A stretch of 64,000 bases of DNA, taken from contig OX597832.1 in assembly GCA_951406725.2 (NCBI GenBank), positions 39,804,001 through 39,868,000 on the forward strand, in the 5' to 3' direction. A model generated the notes under the pieces. That model was not told the DNA's origin. It was given only the letters and a program-made list of their open reading frames with translations, and made no database searches. Positions 1 to 12,811 of the stretch are shown one piece after another (position 1 is the stretch's first letter; each line of letters begins with the position of its first letter). The stretch is from Octopus vulgaris (taxonomy: Eukaryota). A program made the position numbers and the translations under genes.

Positions 1-238
1 AGCATCCAACATAAATTTCACCAACACAGTTGACATTTTGTGCAAAATGCTTAGTGAAAAGAGTTCACTGTTTAATACTAGATGGAAACATTTAAACCTA
101 GAAATGAGCAAAGATGAAATCTTCACTACTTATACAGGCAAAGTCAGCGAAGAATGTGAGAGATTCAGGCTGGATATGCTTACTCCAGATTCTTTCAAGC
201 GTTTGATTTTTGCACAAGGTTCTGCATTCCTTTTGTCC

Positions 239-388
239 TATTTTTCATCATGTGTATTAGCACAATACACATCTTGCTCGGCGGAATGGACCAATTCATA
301 ACACATGTAATCTATGCACATGGACGAACATTCCAAAACGTAAGAAATGTTGCTTTAATGGTTCCTGATTTGGCCCACTTCCTGGTGA
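239..388 (+). pseudogene. 150-bp captured fragment of the membrane-protein gene's last exon, inside Gypsy gag
   Basis: Matches the reverse complement of 22885-23034 at 142/150 nt. Encodes FFIMCISTIHILLGGMDQFITHVIYAHGRTFQNVRNVALMVPDLAHFLV. Confidence 0.93.
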
Positions 389-3357
389 CAAAAGGAACTC
401 AGAAATCCAAATAGAAAATTCTATCAGAACTGGAAATGAACCAGGATTTGACATTGCAGAAACTGTCGGAAGAGTGTAACGAAAGAAATTCAACGGAAAG
501 TGTGTTTTCACATAAGACCAGTGCAAAAAAAGTCGGAAGACAAAGTGTTGCAGGAAAAACGGAAAAGATATTGGGATGTAGACCCATGTATGTCATGTGG
601 TGGAATGCACCTGGAAAAAGATTGTCCATATAAAACAGCAAAGTGTTTTCGCTGCAGGTTTACAGGACATAAAATTGCACTGCAAAACTAGAATGATAGG
701 CAAATAGGAGAAACAAGAAAAAATAAGTCAGTAGGAAAAGTTGTGTGGACAGCAAACAGAAAATTTGTGAATGTGAGAATTGAAACCACCTGTGTCAGAA
801 TGCTATTAGACAACAAAGGAACAAATATATGTAATCAGAATATATGTAATCCGAACCAATTAGCGTATGGTGTTACAGGAAGAAAATTATATTTAACAGG
901 CGAACGTGTTTGTAATGTAATGTTCAAAGGTCAAACCAAAAATGTGAATGTTTATGTGTTGAAAAACAAATCTATGAATTCATCTGGTACTGAATGTATG
1001 GAGAAATTTAATACACAGGGCACACCCATAAGTATTCTGTGCAATAATGGAAATGGAACAATCAAACAATCAAATGAGATCGATGAGATGAAAAAATAAA
1101 AGAAACTTTCCCAAAAGTTTTTTTGGGGAGGTTTAGGCCGTTGCCTGAAAACAAAAGCAAGGATTGCTGTGAAAGAAAATTCAACATCTATTTTTAGGCC
1201 CAAACAGAACGTGCCATTTGTGGCAGTAGACCCGGTCAATAAAGAACTAGAAAGGTTGGAAAGTCTGAATATAATTGAAACGATTGACCATGCAGACTGG
1301 TCAGTACCAGTGGTCAATTTAAAAAAAAAAAGCTAAGAGTGTGCACAGACTTCTCAGCTGGATTAAAAGACTGTTTACTCACACACAATTATCCACTACC
1401 GAGCCCAGAAGGAGCATTTGCTAAACTAAATGGAGAGGAAATTTTCTCCAAGTTAGACTTCTCAGAGGCAAACCTTCAAATTCAGTTAGAGGAAGATTGC
1501 ACACATCTACTAACAATCAACATGCACTGTGGATTGTACGAGTTCAAGCGACTGCCATTTGGACTAAAAGTGACACCTGCCGTATTCCAACAGGTGTCAA
1601 GTGATTGCGACTTCACCATCGCATACCTCGATGACATTTTGATAAACAGAGAGTCTCAGGTGCAGCATGTCGACCACAGAATGTATTTGAGAGAATAAAA
1701 CAGCCTAAAACTGACTGAAGAAAAATGGGAATTTTTTATGGAAAAAATGAAATTCCTGGACCAAGTAATTGATGAAAGTGGCAATACGAATTATGCCACT
1801 CCTGACAAACATGACAATGCTACTAGCATTCCTAGGCTTGGTAAATTATTACCGAGTGTATATCCCAAATATACATACGGTAAAGGACTACTTGAGGAAT
1901 TATTAAAAAAGATACCTAATGAGTTTGGACAGAGAAATGCCAGAAAGCATTTAACGAGTTAAAAGATGTGTTAACTTCAGACTTATATTTTACACATTTC
2001 AACCCAAAGTTTGAGATAATACTAGCTACAGATGCAAGTGGGTATGAGATAGGAGCCGTGCTCCTTCACAAGGATAATGAGGGCAGGAGAAAGGCCATTG
2101 CTCACACATCAAGGACATTATTGCCAGTGGAACAGAGCTAAAGCCAGACTGAAAAAGAGGCGTTGGCTTTTATATTTGGCCTGTAAAAGTTCCACAGGTT
2201 CATTCATGGCAGACATTTTTGGTTGCAAAAGGATCGTAGGCCTCTAATAATGATATACGGATCCAAGAAAGGAATCCCGACACATAGTGCAGTGGTGGGG
2301 TACCATTCTATTAACCTATGATTATAGAATGGAATATCTGCCTTCAAAAAAGTTGGGGCACACCAATTGTCTGTCTAGGTTAATTCCAAGAAATAACGAA
2401 CTGCTGTAGGACACCGTAATAACAGTTCTAAGAGCAGAATGTGGAACATCATGCAGGAACTACCAGTAACTTTGGAAGAAATAAAAAGATCCAAGAAATT
2501 ACAAATTTATTAATGAGACAAAAAAAAATTATAGTGGTTGTATACTGTCAACATAACGTGACAGTCCCGTAAAGGTAATCACACCACCGTTGTTTAGCCC
2601 TAGGAAGCATCGACGCTTCCTGTTGGCCTTGACACATTTCCTGTGTCCTTATATTTGCAAAGGGGAGGCAAGCACCCCTGCCAGCTAGGACTAACACTTG
2701 GAGACATGTTTCTGGGTCTTGCCCGTCATCAGTCCAGGGTAGCAAGTCCTGCTAACTGAGATGGCTGCGACCGCTTTGCAAATATATAATATTTTCAATG
2801 AAATTTATTCACTGGTTACCAAAATTAGAAATATTGAATTTCTAAATGTCTCAGAGAGACAAATGCGCCAGAAGGAAGTTCATCAGCAGAATTAATGTTT
2901 GCCAGAAAAGTGAAGTCAGTATTCGATAAACTGTTACCAGTGAAGAAAAAAATACGTACTAGTAAAGATATGCCAAAATTCTTTAGAATTGATTATAAGG
3001 TATATGTTAGGATGTACCAAAATGTCTAGCAATACTGGGAAGAAGGAGAAATTGTAACATACATAGGAAGAATGATTTATGATGTAAGAAGCAGAAATGG
3101 AATGGAAAGGAGACACAGAAATCAGCTGAAGGAAAGGGTCAGAGAAAAGGAACCAACAAGAGTAGAAATACTGATGGATTGGCTTTATGGCACTTTTCAG
3201 GTTCCAACACCATTACAAGAATGTAAACCACACATACAAGGAAAAGGTAGAATACTGAATTCCTAAAAGTAGACCCCAAGAAAGAAAGATATTGAGTTTA
3301 TATATATAAAAAAAAGAAAAGAGGAGGTGGGGTGAATAAAATAATTAAAAGAGGAGA

Positions 3358-3644
3358 TGTATAGTGAAAGTGTATACCCCTCCTGGTAATAAGTGGTAGG
3401 AGCCAGCCATTATAAATAGACCAGTAGCCGGTTGTCAAGAGAGGTGTCGAAGAGTTGAGATTTCTAGTTGGTGTCTTGTGGAGCTATCAGCGATGGTAAG
3501 ACAGAAGTTAGTGTATTACTATTCTGGTATGAAGCACTACAACGGTATCCAATGAATAGTAACTATTGTGGCTACTAGCGTAAAAACAGCAACTACAGTC
3601 AATGGCAGTCACACATCACACCAGTGGGAGGAACCCATTTTACA
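3358..3644 (+). repeat. Putative 3' LTR of the Gypsy element
   Basis: Polypurine tract AAAAGAGGAGA immediately followed by TGTA (3358); ends ...TTTACA (3644). No 5' LTR in the window to confirm. Confidence 0.5.
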
Positions 3645-3662
3645 ATAGTATATATATATATA

Positions 3663-3972
3663 TCACTGTCACCCTGACCGACCAGGCTATCAGATGTTGT
3701 TACACATCGCTGGTCACAATGCGCTTCGCATTGTTTTAGCCTTCAAATGACGCCACCCCGCTGGCTAAGTGAGCAGACCAACAGAAGAAAGAGTGAGAGA
3801 AAGTTGTGGCAAAAGAGTACAGCAGGGATCGCCACCACTCCCTACCGGAGCACCGTGGAGCTTTAGGTGTTTTTCACTCAATAAACACTCAAAACGCCCG
3901 GTCTGGGAATCAAAACTGCGATCCTACTACCGCGAGTCTGCTACCCTAACCACTGGGCCATTGCGCCTCCAC
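3663..3972 (-). mobile_element. tRNA-derived SINE (family C)
   Basis: Minus strand begins GGAGGCGCAATGGCCCAGTGGTTAGG (A box) ... GATTCC (B-box-like). Related copy at 20090-20290. Confidence 0.75.
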
Positions 3973-4470
3973 ATTTATAGCATTACTGATTTAACAAACA
4001 CTGATTTATATATATATATATATATATATATAAATGTATCTATATAATAAAGACGAACGTCTGTGTGTGTGTGTCTGTCTGTCTGTCCATCAAAAGCATG
4101 AAAGGCTACAGCATCCATATAGAAACTAAAAGCTATGATTCTTGTGTAAAATTTTATGCTGGAAACAATGGAAATGGTCCCAAGTTTCTACGTGCCCTCC
4201 TAAGGGAGCTACAGGGGCCTTTTTTGCAACATGCTCGACAAATCATTGTCCCCAAAGTAATGACTGGTTTAAGGGAGATAACTAAACGTCCTGTAATTTA
4301 TTGAACTTCAGTGTTGCAACAAACGAAAATACAAATTTTTTCTTACACGAATATAATAATATGATGTTAACAATGGTCGTGCGAAAGAGCCAATCATGGC
4401 ACCAAAGAACATTGCTGGGAATAATTTTAATGAAAGACTCGAGAAAGATTTATCAGGAAATGAACATATA

Positions 4471-4870
4471 GGCGCAGGAGTGGCTGTGTGGTAAGTAGCT
4501 TGCTAACCAACCACATGGTTCCTGGTTCAGTCCCACTGCGTGGCATCTTGGGCAAGTGTCTTCTGCTATAGCCCCGGGCCGACCAATGCCTGGTGAGTGG
4601 ATTTGGTAGACGGAAACTGAAAGAAGCCTGTCGTATGTATGTATATATATATGTGTGTGTTTGCGTGTCTGTGTTTGTCCCCCTAGCATTGCTTGACAAC
4701 CGATGCTGGTGTGTTTACGTCCCCGTCACTTAGCGGTTCGGCAAAAGAGACCGATAGAATAAGTAGTGGGCTTACAAAGAATAAGTCCCGGGGTCGATTT
4801 GCTCGACTAAAGGCGGTGCTCCAGCATGGCCACAGTCAAATGACTGAAACAAGTAAAAGAGAGTAAGAGT
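4471..4870 (+). mobile_element. tRNA-like SINE family A, full length
   Basis: Head GGCGCAGGAGTGGCTGTGTGG..GGTTCAGTCCC, internal (TA/TG)n, tail GTAAAAGAGAGT. More than 10 copies in the window. Confidence 0.85.
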
Positions 4871-5169
4871 ATACTCTGTTGTTGACGGCTTGGGAATTGT
4901 CAATTACCTGGTTGAGTTCTTAAACTCATTAGAGCCATAAGGGGCCCCTCCTCATTGTCTTCAATTGAAAATAGGTTCTCCAATCCTGCCTCTGCTGAAC
5001 TTTTCTCAGCCAAAGCTGTGCAATGGCACAAGACTTGTGAAGAAATGAACGAGAAATGTCATGGAGGCCAAAATAATTTCTGTCTGTGGAAAAGGTGAAG
5101 ATGTTTTTATTCTTTGCTTACCTTTAATATGCTCTTCCAATATGTCTGCCTGTCTTTTGTGATGTCCAA

Positions 5170-5400
5170 GTTGGATAGACGAATGGTAAGGTGGTTTGGC
5201 CACATGGAGAGGATGGATGAGGAGCGGATGGTAAGGAAGGTGATGAAGACTGGAGTGGTGGGCAGCAGAACCAGAAGCAGACCTCTGTTTGTGTGGATGG
5301 GTGGATGGAGTGAGGAAAGCTTTGGTGGTTAGAAGTGTTGGAGTGAGAGAGTTTATAAATGATAGGAAAGCTTGAAGAGTGTTTGTGGACGGATGAGTGA
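5170..5400 (+). mobile_element. RTE-like LINE RT C-terminal fragment
   Basis: RWFGHMERMDEERMVRKV...RSRP...W motif. Confidence 0.7.
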
Positions 5401-5774
5401 ATTTTGATGGTTGGGTGGACTTGACAGGAACTGGCAAAGCCAGGAGCCACACCAGATTCCATAATCTGTTTTGCTTTGGTTTCAACGACTGGATGCCCTT
5501 CTTAATGTTAACCACTCCACAGAGTATGCTGGGTGCTTTTTACATGGCACCTTGGTTTTAGTTGTGTCTGTGCTGGCATGGGTTGGACCCATTCTAGGAT
5601 GGAAAACAGGCATTAAATATTGATGATGAGGATGATGATAATCTGTACTGAGGGTCAACTACATCAGCTAAGCCCCTTCTGTCCCTCTCCTACAATGTGT
5701 GGCCATGTGCTAATTTTTGAAATCCTCGTTGTTCTTATTGTTATTATAGTAATTGTTGTAATCTATTCCTCCAG

Positions 5775-6288
5775 GTGCAACTATCTACCAGTAATATGGT
5801 TGGGGCATGTGCCGGAGCTTCTTGCTTGCCCTCAGGAGTCAGCCATTCCACATACAACTACATTGCCTCCAACAGCAGCAGCAATGCAGGCCTGCAGTCG
5901 AAGGACAACCGTGCAGCTTTTGGTGGTATGAAGAAAGGTTTCTTAGAAAACATGACAAACAATTCCAGGGATGGCAGCAGCAATGTTGGCAGTGGTGGTG
6001 GTGCCGGCGGCAGCAGTGGTGGTATTGCCAGTAGTAATAGCAGTAGTAATAGTAGTAGTAATAATAGCGGGGCTACTGGCAGTGGTGGTGCTAGTGGTGG
6101 TTGCAACAACAAACGCAGCAACGAGACGAAGAACTTGATCGATTGTAACCAGATAGGCAGTAAGAAAACTTATAACAAGGACATGCCATTTATCAAACCA
6201 AAGAACACTGATGTTAGAAGTTCCAGTTTTGAATTGCATGAAGAACTTGAAAATATCCGGGAGAAGCAGACACTTCTCAATTCCACAG
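5775..6288 (+). CDS. STI1/DP-domain-like protein, first visible exon (possible ATG at 5796; Gly/Ser-rich, FGGMKKGFL motif)
   Basis: Acceptor ttcctccag at 5774, open frame, donor G|gttagt at 6289 (phase 1). Joins in frame to the next exon. Confidence 0.8.
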
Positions 6289-6359
6289 GTTAGTCACACA
6301 CCAATGATGTTTTTTTTACCATATTTGGGTTTATTTTTTTCTTTTATTCTGTTATTTGT

Positions 6360-6990
6360 CCCAGTCATTTTTGACTGTAGCCATGCTGGAACACTGCCTT
6401 AACCCTTTAGTGTTCACATTATTCTACCAAAATTAATCCTTTTTTATCCACATTGTTTTGAACTAATCATGCATTATCTTATAGCTATGAGATTTTGATG
6501 AGGTAGCTGTTAATTTTTAAAACGATATTGTAGGGTTGGTGTGAGAGACCAGATCTGGCCAGTTTGAACATAAAACAGGCAGAATACTTTTGGCCGGATA
6601 CGGCCGGTAAAAATGCTAAAGGGTTAAAGGGTTTTTTAGTGGAAGAAACTGACCCCAGGACTTATTCATTGTATGCTTAGTACTTATTCTATTGGTCTCT
6701 TTTGCTGAAGCGCTGGGTTACAGGGATGTAAACACACCAACATCAGTTGTCAAGTGATGTGGGTGTGGGGGGGGGGACAAACACAGACACACAAATACAT
6801 ACATAACTATATACATACACACTCACACACACACACACACACATATATACACATGCTGGGATTCATTCAGTTTCCATCTGCCAAATACACTGGTAAGGCT
6901 ATAGTAGAGGACACTTGCCCAAAGTGCCACGCAGTGGGACTGAACCCAGAGCTATGTGATTGGGAAACAAGCATCTTACCACTCAGCCAT
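6360..6990 (-). mobile_element. SINE family A (diverged, with nested insertion about 6400-6630)
   Basis: Reverse-complement match to 4471-4870. Confidence 0.7.
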
Positions 6991-7039
6991 GCTTGCATCT
7001 TTGTTCACTTTTGTAATTTAAAAATTTATTTTCACTTTC

Positions 7040-7428
7040 TCATGGTTCCGGGTTCAGTCCCACTGCGTGGCATTTTGGGAAAGTGTCTTCTACTATAACC
7101 TTGGGCCTACCAAAGCCTTGTGAGTGGATTTGGTAGACGGAAACGAAAAAGAAGCCCGTCGCATATTTGTGTATATATATATATATATGCATATGCATAT
7201 ATTTGTATGTGTGTCCCCGTGTTTGTCCCCCACCCACCCCACATTGATGACAACCAATGTTGGTGTGTTTATGTCCCTGTAACTTAGCGGTTCAGCAAAA
7301 GAGGCCAGTAGAATAAGTACTAGCTTTACAAAGAATAAGCCTTGGAGTTGATTTGTTCGACTAAACCCTTTAAGGCAGTGCTCCAGCATGGCCACACTCA
7401 AATGACTGAAACGAATAAAAGAATAAAC
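7040..7428 (+). mobile_element. SINE family A (5'-truncated)
   Basis: Direct match to 4514-4860. Confidence 0.8.
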
Positions 7429-7585
7429 GATATATGCTTTGATAACTGTGACCTGGTCCTCAGTTCCTGCACTTTGTATTCATTCTCGACAGTTTCTTAA
7501 TCTCACATTTACAGTTGATGTCACTGCAAAAAGACAAAAAAAAATCATAGTGAAACTGAGTTTCTTTTTCCGTTTTGTTTTCCAG

Positions 7586-7768
7586 AGTGGGTTACCGATG
7601 CCTTGTTGACACGTCTTCAAAGCAATCCAAATTTAATCGGTCGGCTCTCAGACCCTACTTTCATCGAAGCCATCACAGACTTCCAAAAGAACCCCCAGTC
7701 TGCTATGGCCAAATACCAGGGAGACAAAGATCTTCAAGCATCTATGCAAGAATTCTGTAGTATATTAG
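7586..7768 (+). CDS. STI1/DP-domain-like protein, exon 2
   Basis: tttccag|AG..TTAG|gtaagg, phase 1/1. EWVTDALLTRLQSNPNLIGRLSDPTFIEAITDFQKNPQSAMAKYQGDKDLQ resembles a DP/STI1 repeat. Confidence 0.88.
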
Positions 7769-7955
7769 GTAAGGGTTTGATATTAAAAATTTGGAGTTGT
7801 TCAGATCATACATTTATATAAAACAAGCCTTTAAAAATCGAATTTTATGTGTAACACAGTGGCCCTTCTTATATATATATATATGTTATAACTGTATTAA
7901 TTCCATAAACAGATCTTGAGAGCCTTCTTAGTGGAGGCATGTGGCATGGTGGTTG

Positions 7956-10900
7956 TGTTGTCAGCACAGGTGCTTTTAATGTGTCATCAGCACAGGTGCT
8001 TTTAATGTGTCCTCAGCACAGGTGCTTTTAATGTGTCCTCAGCACAGGTGCTTTTAATGTGTCCTCAGCACAGGTGCATTTAATGTGTCATCAGCACAGG
8101 TGCCTTTAATGTGTCATCAGCACAGGTGCTTTTAATGTGTCCTCAGCACAGGTGCTTTTAATGTGTCATCAGCACAGGTGCTTTTAATGTGTCATCAGCA
8201 CAGGTGCATTTAATGTGTCATCAGCACAGGTGCATTTAATGTGTCATCAGCACAGGTGCTTTTAATGTGTCCTCAGCACAGGTGCTTTTAATGTGTCATC
8301 AGCACAGGTGCTTTTAATGTGTCATCAGCACAGGTGCTTTTAATGTGTCCTCAGCACAGGTGCTTTTAATGTGTCATCAGCACAGGTGCTTTTAATGTGT
8401 CATCAGCACAGGTGCTTTTAATGTGTCATCAGCACAGGTGCCTTTAATGTGTCATCAGCACAGCTGCTTTTAATGTGTCCTCAGCACAGGTGCATATAAT
8501 GTGTCCTCAGCACAGGTGCCTTTAATGTGTCCTCAGCACAGGTGCTTTTAATGTGTCATCAGCACAGGTGCTTTTAATGTGTCATCAGCACAGGTGCATT
8601 TAATGTGTCATCAGCACAGGTGCATTTAATGTGTCCTCAGCACAGGTGCATTTAATGTGTCCTCAGCACAGGTGCTTTTAATGTGTCATCAGCACAGGTG
8701 CTTTTAATGTGTCATCAGCACAGGTGCTTTTAATGTGTCATCAGCACAGGTGCTTTTAATGTGTCATCAGCACAGGTGCCTTTAATGTGTCATCAACACA
8801 GGTGCCTTTAATGTGTCATCAGCACAGGTGCATTTAATGTGTCATCAGCACAGGTGCTTTTAATGTGTCATCAGCACAGGTGCTTTTAATGTGTCATCAG
8901 CACAGGTGCATTTAATGTGTCATCAGCACAGGTGCTTTTAATGTGTCATCAGCACAGGTGCCTTTAATGTGTCATCAGCACAGGTGCATTTAATGTGTCA
9001 TCAGCACAGGTGCTTTTAATGTGTCATCAGCACAGGTGCTTTTAATGTGTCATCAGCACAGGTGCATTTAATGTGTCCTCAGCACAGGTGCTTTTAATGT
9101 GTCATCAGCACAGGTGCTTTTAATGTGTCATCAGCACAGGTGCTTTTATTTATTTTAATAATATTTAATGTGTCCTCAGCACAGGTGCCTTTAATGTGTC
9201 CTCAGCACAGGTGCTTTAATGTGTCCTCAGCACAGGTGCTTTTAATGTGTCCTCAGCACAGGTGCTTTAATGTGTCCTCAGCACAGGTGCATGTGTCTAA
9301 TGTGTCCTCAGCACAGGTGCTTTTAATGTGTCCTCAGCACAGGTGCATTTAATGTGTCATCAGCACAGGTGCTTTAATGTGTCATCAGCACAGGTGCATT
9401 TAATGTGTCCTCAGCACAGGTGCATTTAATGTGTCCTCAATGTTCACAGGTGCTTTAATTAATGCTGTGTCCTCAGCACAGGTGCATTTAATGTGTCATC
9501 AGCACAGGTGCATTTAATGTGTCATCAGCACAGGTGCTTTTAATGTGTCCTCAGCACAGGTGCTTTTAATGTGTCCTCAGCACAGGTGCTTTTAATGTGT
9601 CCTCAGCACAGGTGCATTTAATGTGTCATCAGCACAGGTGCTTTTAATGTGTCCTCAGCACAGGTGCATTTAATGTGTCCTCAGCACAGGTGCCTTTAAT
9701 GTGTCCTCAGCACAGGTGCATTTAATGTGTCCTCAGCACAGGTGCTTTTAATGTGTCCTCAGCACAGGTGCATTTAATGTGTCATCAGCACAGGTGCATT
9801 TAATGTGTCCTCAGCACAGGTGCATTTAATGTGTCCTCAGCACAGGTGCTTTTAATGTGTCATCAGCACAGGTGCATTTAATGTGTCCTCAGCACAGGTG
9901 CTTTTAATGTGTCCTCAGCACAGGTGCATTTAATGTGTCCTCAGCACAGGTGCATTTAATGTGTCCTCAGCACAGGTGCATTTAATGTGTCATCAGCACA
10001 GGTGCATTTAATGTGTCATCAGCACAGGTGCATTTAATGTGTCATCAGCACAGGTGCATTTAATGTGTCCTCAGCACAGGTGCTTTTATTTAAGCACCGT
10101 GTGTCATCAGCACAGGTGCTTTTAATGTGTCCTCAGCACAGGTGCTTTTAATGTGTCCTCAGCACAGGTGCATTTAATGTGTCCTCAGCACAGGTGCTTT
10201 TAATGTGTCCTCAGCACAGGTGCATTTAATGTGTCCTCAGCACAGGTGCATTTAATGTGTCCTCAGCACAGGTGCTTTTAATGTGTCCTCAGCACAGGTG
10301 CTTTTAATGTGTCCTCAGCACAGGTGCTTTTAATGTGTCCTCAGCACAGGTGCTTTTAATGTGTCATCAGCACAGGTGCATTTAATGTGTCATCAGCACA
10401 GGTGCCTTTAATGTGTCATCAGCACAGGTGCTTTTAATGTGTCCTCAGCACAGGTGCTTTTAATGTGTCCTCAGCACAGGTGCATTTAATGTGTCATCAG
10501 CACAGGTGCTTTTAATGTGTCCTCAGCACAGGTGCATTTAATGTGTCATCAGCACAGGTGCCTTTAATGTGTCATCAGCACAGGTGCTTTTAATGTGTCC
10601 TCAGCACAGGTGCTTTTAATGTGTCCTCAGCACAGGTGCATTTAATGTGTCATCAGCACAGGTGCTTTTAATGTGTCCTCAGCACAGGTGCTTTTAATGT
10701 GTCCTCAGCACAGGTGCTTTAATGTGTCATCAGCACAGGTGCATTTAATGTGTCCTCAGCACAGGTGCCTTTAATGTGTCCTCAGCACAGGTGCATTTAA
10801 TGTGTCCTCAGCACAGGTGCTTTTAATGTGTCCTCAGCACAGGTGCATTTAATGTGTCATCAGCACAGGTGCCTTTAATGTGTCCTCAGCACAGGTGCAT

Positions 10901-11870
10901 TTAATGTGTCCTCAGCACAGGTGCAGGTGCTTTTAATGTGTCCTCAGCACAGGTGCTTAATGTGTCATCAGCACAGGTGCTTTTAATGTGTCATCAGCAC
11001 AGGTGCTTTTAATGTGTCATCAGCACAGGTGCTTTTAATGTGTCAATGTGTCCTCAGCACAGGTGCATTTAATGTGTCCTCAGCACAGGTGCATTTAATG
11101 TGTCATCAGCACAGGTGCCTTTAATGTGTCATCAGCACAGGTGCTTTTAATGTGTCCTCAGCACAGGTGCATTTAATGTGTCCTCAGCACAGGTGCTTTT
11201 AATGTGTCCTCAGCACAGGTGCTTTTAATGTGTCCTCAGCACAGGTGCTTTTAATGTGTCCTCAGCACAGGTGCTTTTAATGTGTCCTCAGCACAGGTGC
11301 CTTTAATGTGTCCTCAGCACAGGTGCCTTTAATGTGTCATCAGCACAGGTGCCTTTAATGTGTCATCAGCACAGGTGCTTTTAATGTGTCCTCAGCACAG
11401 GTGCTTTTAATGTGTCCTCAGCACAGGTGCATTTAATGTGTCATCAGCACAGGTGCCTTTAATGTGTCATCAGCACAGGTGCTTTTAATGTGTCCTCAGC
11501 GCAGGTGCTTTTAATGTGTCCTCAGCACAGGTGCTTTTAATGTGTCATCAGCACAGGTGCCTTTAATGTGTCATCAACACAGGTGCCTTTAATGTGTCCT
11601 CAGCACAGGTGCCTTTAATGTGTCATCAGCACAGGTGCCTTTAATGTGTCATCAACACAGGTGCCTTTAATGTGTCTCTGGCACAGGTACCTTCTAACAT
11701 GTCTCTGGCATGGGTGCCTTTTAATGTGTCACTGAATCAGGTGATTTTAAACGTGTCACCAGCAGAGGGGCCTTTTAACATTCTCTGACACAGGTACCTT
11801 TTAACATGTCATCAGCATGGATGCCTTTAACATGTCGTTGGCACAGGTGCTTTTTATGTGTCGCTGGCAC
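7956..11870. repeat. Intronic minisatellite, 26-bp unit AATGTGTC(A/C)TCAGCACAGGTGC(T/A/C)TTT, about 140 copies, degenerating after about 11680
   Basis: Directly visible head-to-tail tandem array with no spacers. Confidence 0.97.
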
Positions 11871-11965
11871 TGTTGACGACTATGATTTCACTAAGCTTGA
11901 CTTCTCAAGCACAGCAAATTCCCAACAGTGTTGGTCACTTGTCGTCACCTCTGTGAGACTCAACA
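11871..11965 (-). mobile_element. RTE-like LINE ORF end adjoining the minisatellite
   Basis: Minus strand reads LSLTEVTTSDQHCWEFAVLEK, resembling the A.DR..W...V end of RTE ORFs. Confidence 0.55.
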
Positions 11966-12811
11966 AACCAAAGATCATATTTCTCTTAATATAATCTGCA
12001 GACAGTCAGCATTATACAGTGTGTGACAAAGCTATCCCTTTGAATAACGAGTACAGTCATCGGTGTTTCAATCCATAATTGACCATCATGCTGTCCTAAA
12101 ATCCATGACTTAAATTGTATGACATAACTTGTAGTTGTTAATTCCTTTCCCTGTACTTTGGGGGTATGTCCCTACACATCTTCACCACCCTCTTACTCTC
12201 CTCTTTTCTCCTTTCTTCCCAGCTGAGGTAGTCATGTATCTCCTCTACAGCAAGACATTTGATTCTGTCCCTCCATCATTGTTTAACCTCCCACCATCTG
12301 GCGCAAAGCCACCTCCCTCAATATCACTGACCCTCTCAGCTGAGGGGTCTTTGTTCTGCAAGTTACTTGGTGACTGCACTGGTGCCCTGGTGTCATCTAA
12401 AAAAAAGCACCCAGTACACTCTGTGAATTGACTGGCATTAAGAAAAGCATCCAGCTGTAGAAACCATTGCCAAAAGCAGACATTAGAGTTTGGCACAGTC
12501 CTCTGGCCGGCCAGCTCCTGTCAAACTGTCCAAATCCTGCCAGCATGAAGAATATGTTAAATGGTGATGAAGTGAGTGTTGAGGAAGATTAGTCTGCTGC
12601 AATGAGAAAATCCAATCACTACATTGAGCATCTTTTACTATCATACTAATGATGATGATGATGATGTGGGTGGTGTAGTGGTGATGATGATGAAAATGGT
12701 TATAGTGAGGATTATTATTACAAAAAGATACAAACAATGACTTTTGAAACAGTAGTGAACATGGTGATAATGGAGGTTTTGATGGTGAAGTTGATGGTAG
12801 TGGTGGTGGTT

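Larger units (their letters stand above)
1..3644 (+). mobile_element. Degenerate Ty3/Gypsy LTR retrotransposon (5' part outside window): gag with zinc knuckle, protease, RT, RNase H, integrase largely deleted, PPT and putative 3' LTR
   Basis: Gag-like ECERFRLDMLTPDSFKRLIFAQG..LTLQKLSEEC and CxxC..H..C/CxxCxxxGH (500-691). RT motifs WSVPVV, CTDFS, YPLP, FSKLDFSEA, LPFGL, AYLDDILI (1300-1700). RNase H LATDASGYEIGAVL, SQTEKEALA (2020-2200). Many stops and frameshifts. Confidence 0.9.

Noticed and set aside
3900-3972. tRNA gene
   Set aside because: A tRNA-like head continuous with a SINE body; no complete cloverleaf.
4427-4699. Recurrent short ORFs (MSSNARGTN.., EDTCPRCHAVGLNPEPCGW) as a peptide gene family
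   Set aside because: They are antisense translations of SINE family A.
5807-6239. Overlapping alternative-frame and antisense ORFs
   Set aside because: Shadows of the low-complexity Gly/Ser exon.
7956-11870. CRISPR array
   Set aside because: Units are contiguous with no unique spacers, there are no cas genes, and the array lies in a eukaryotic intron.
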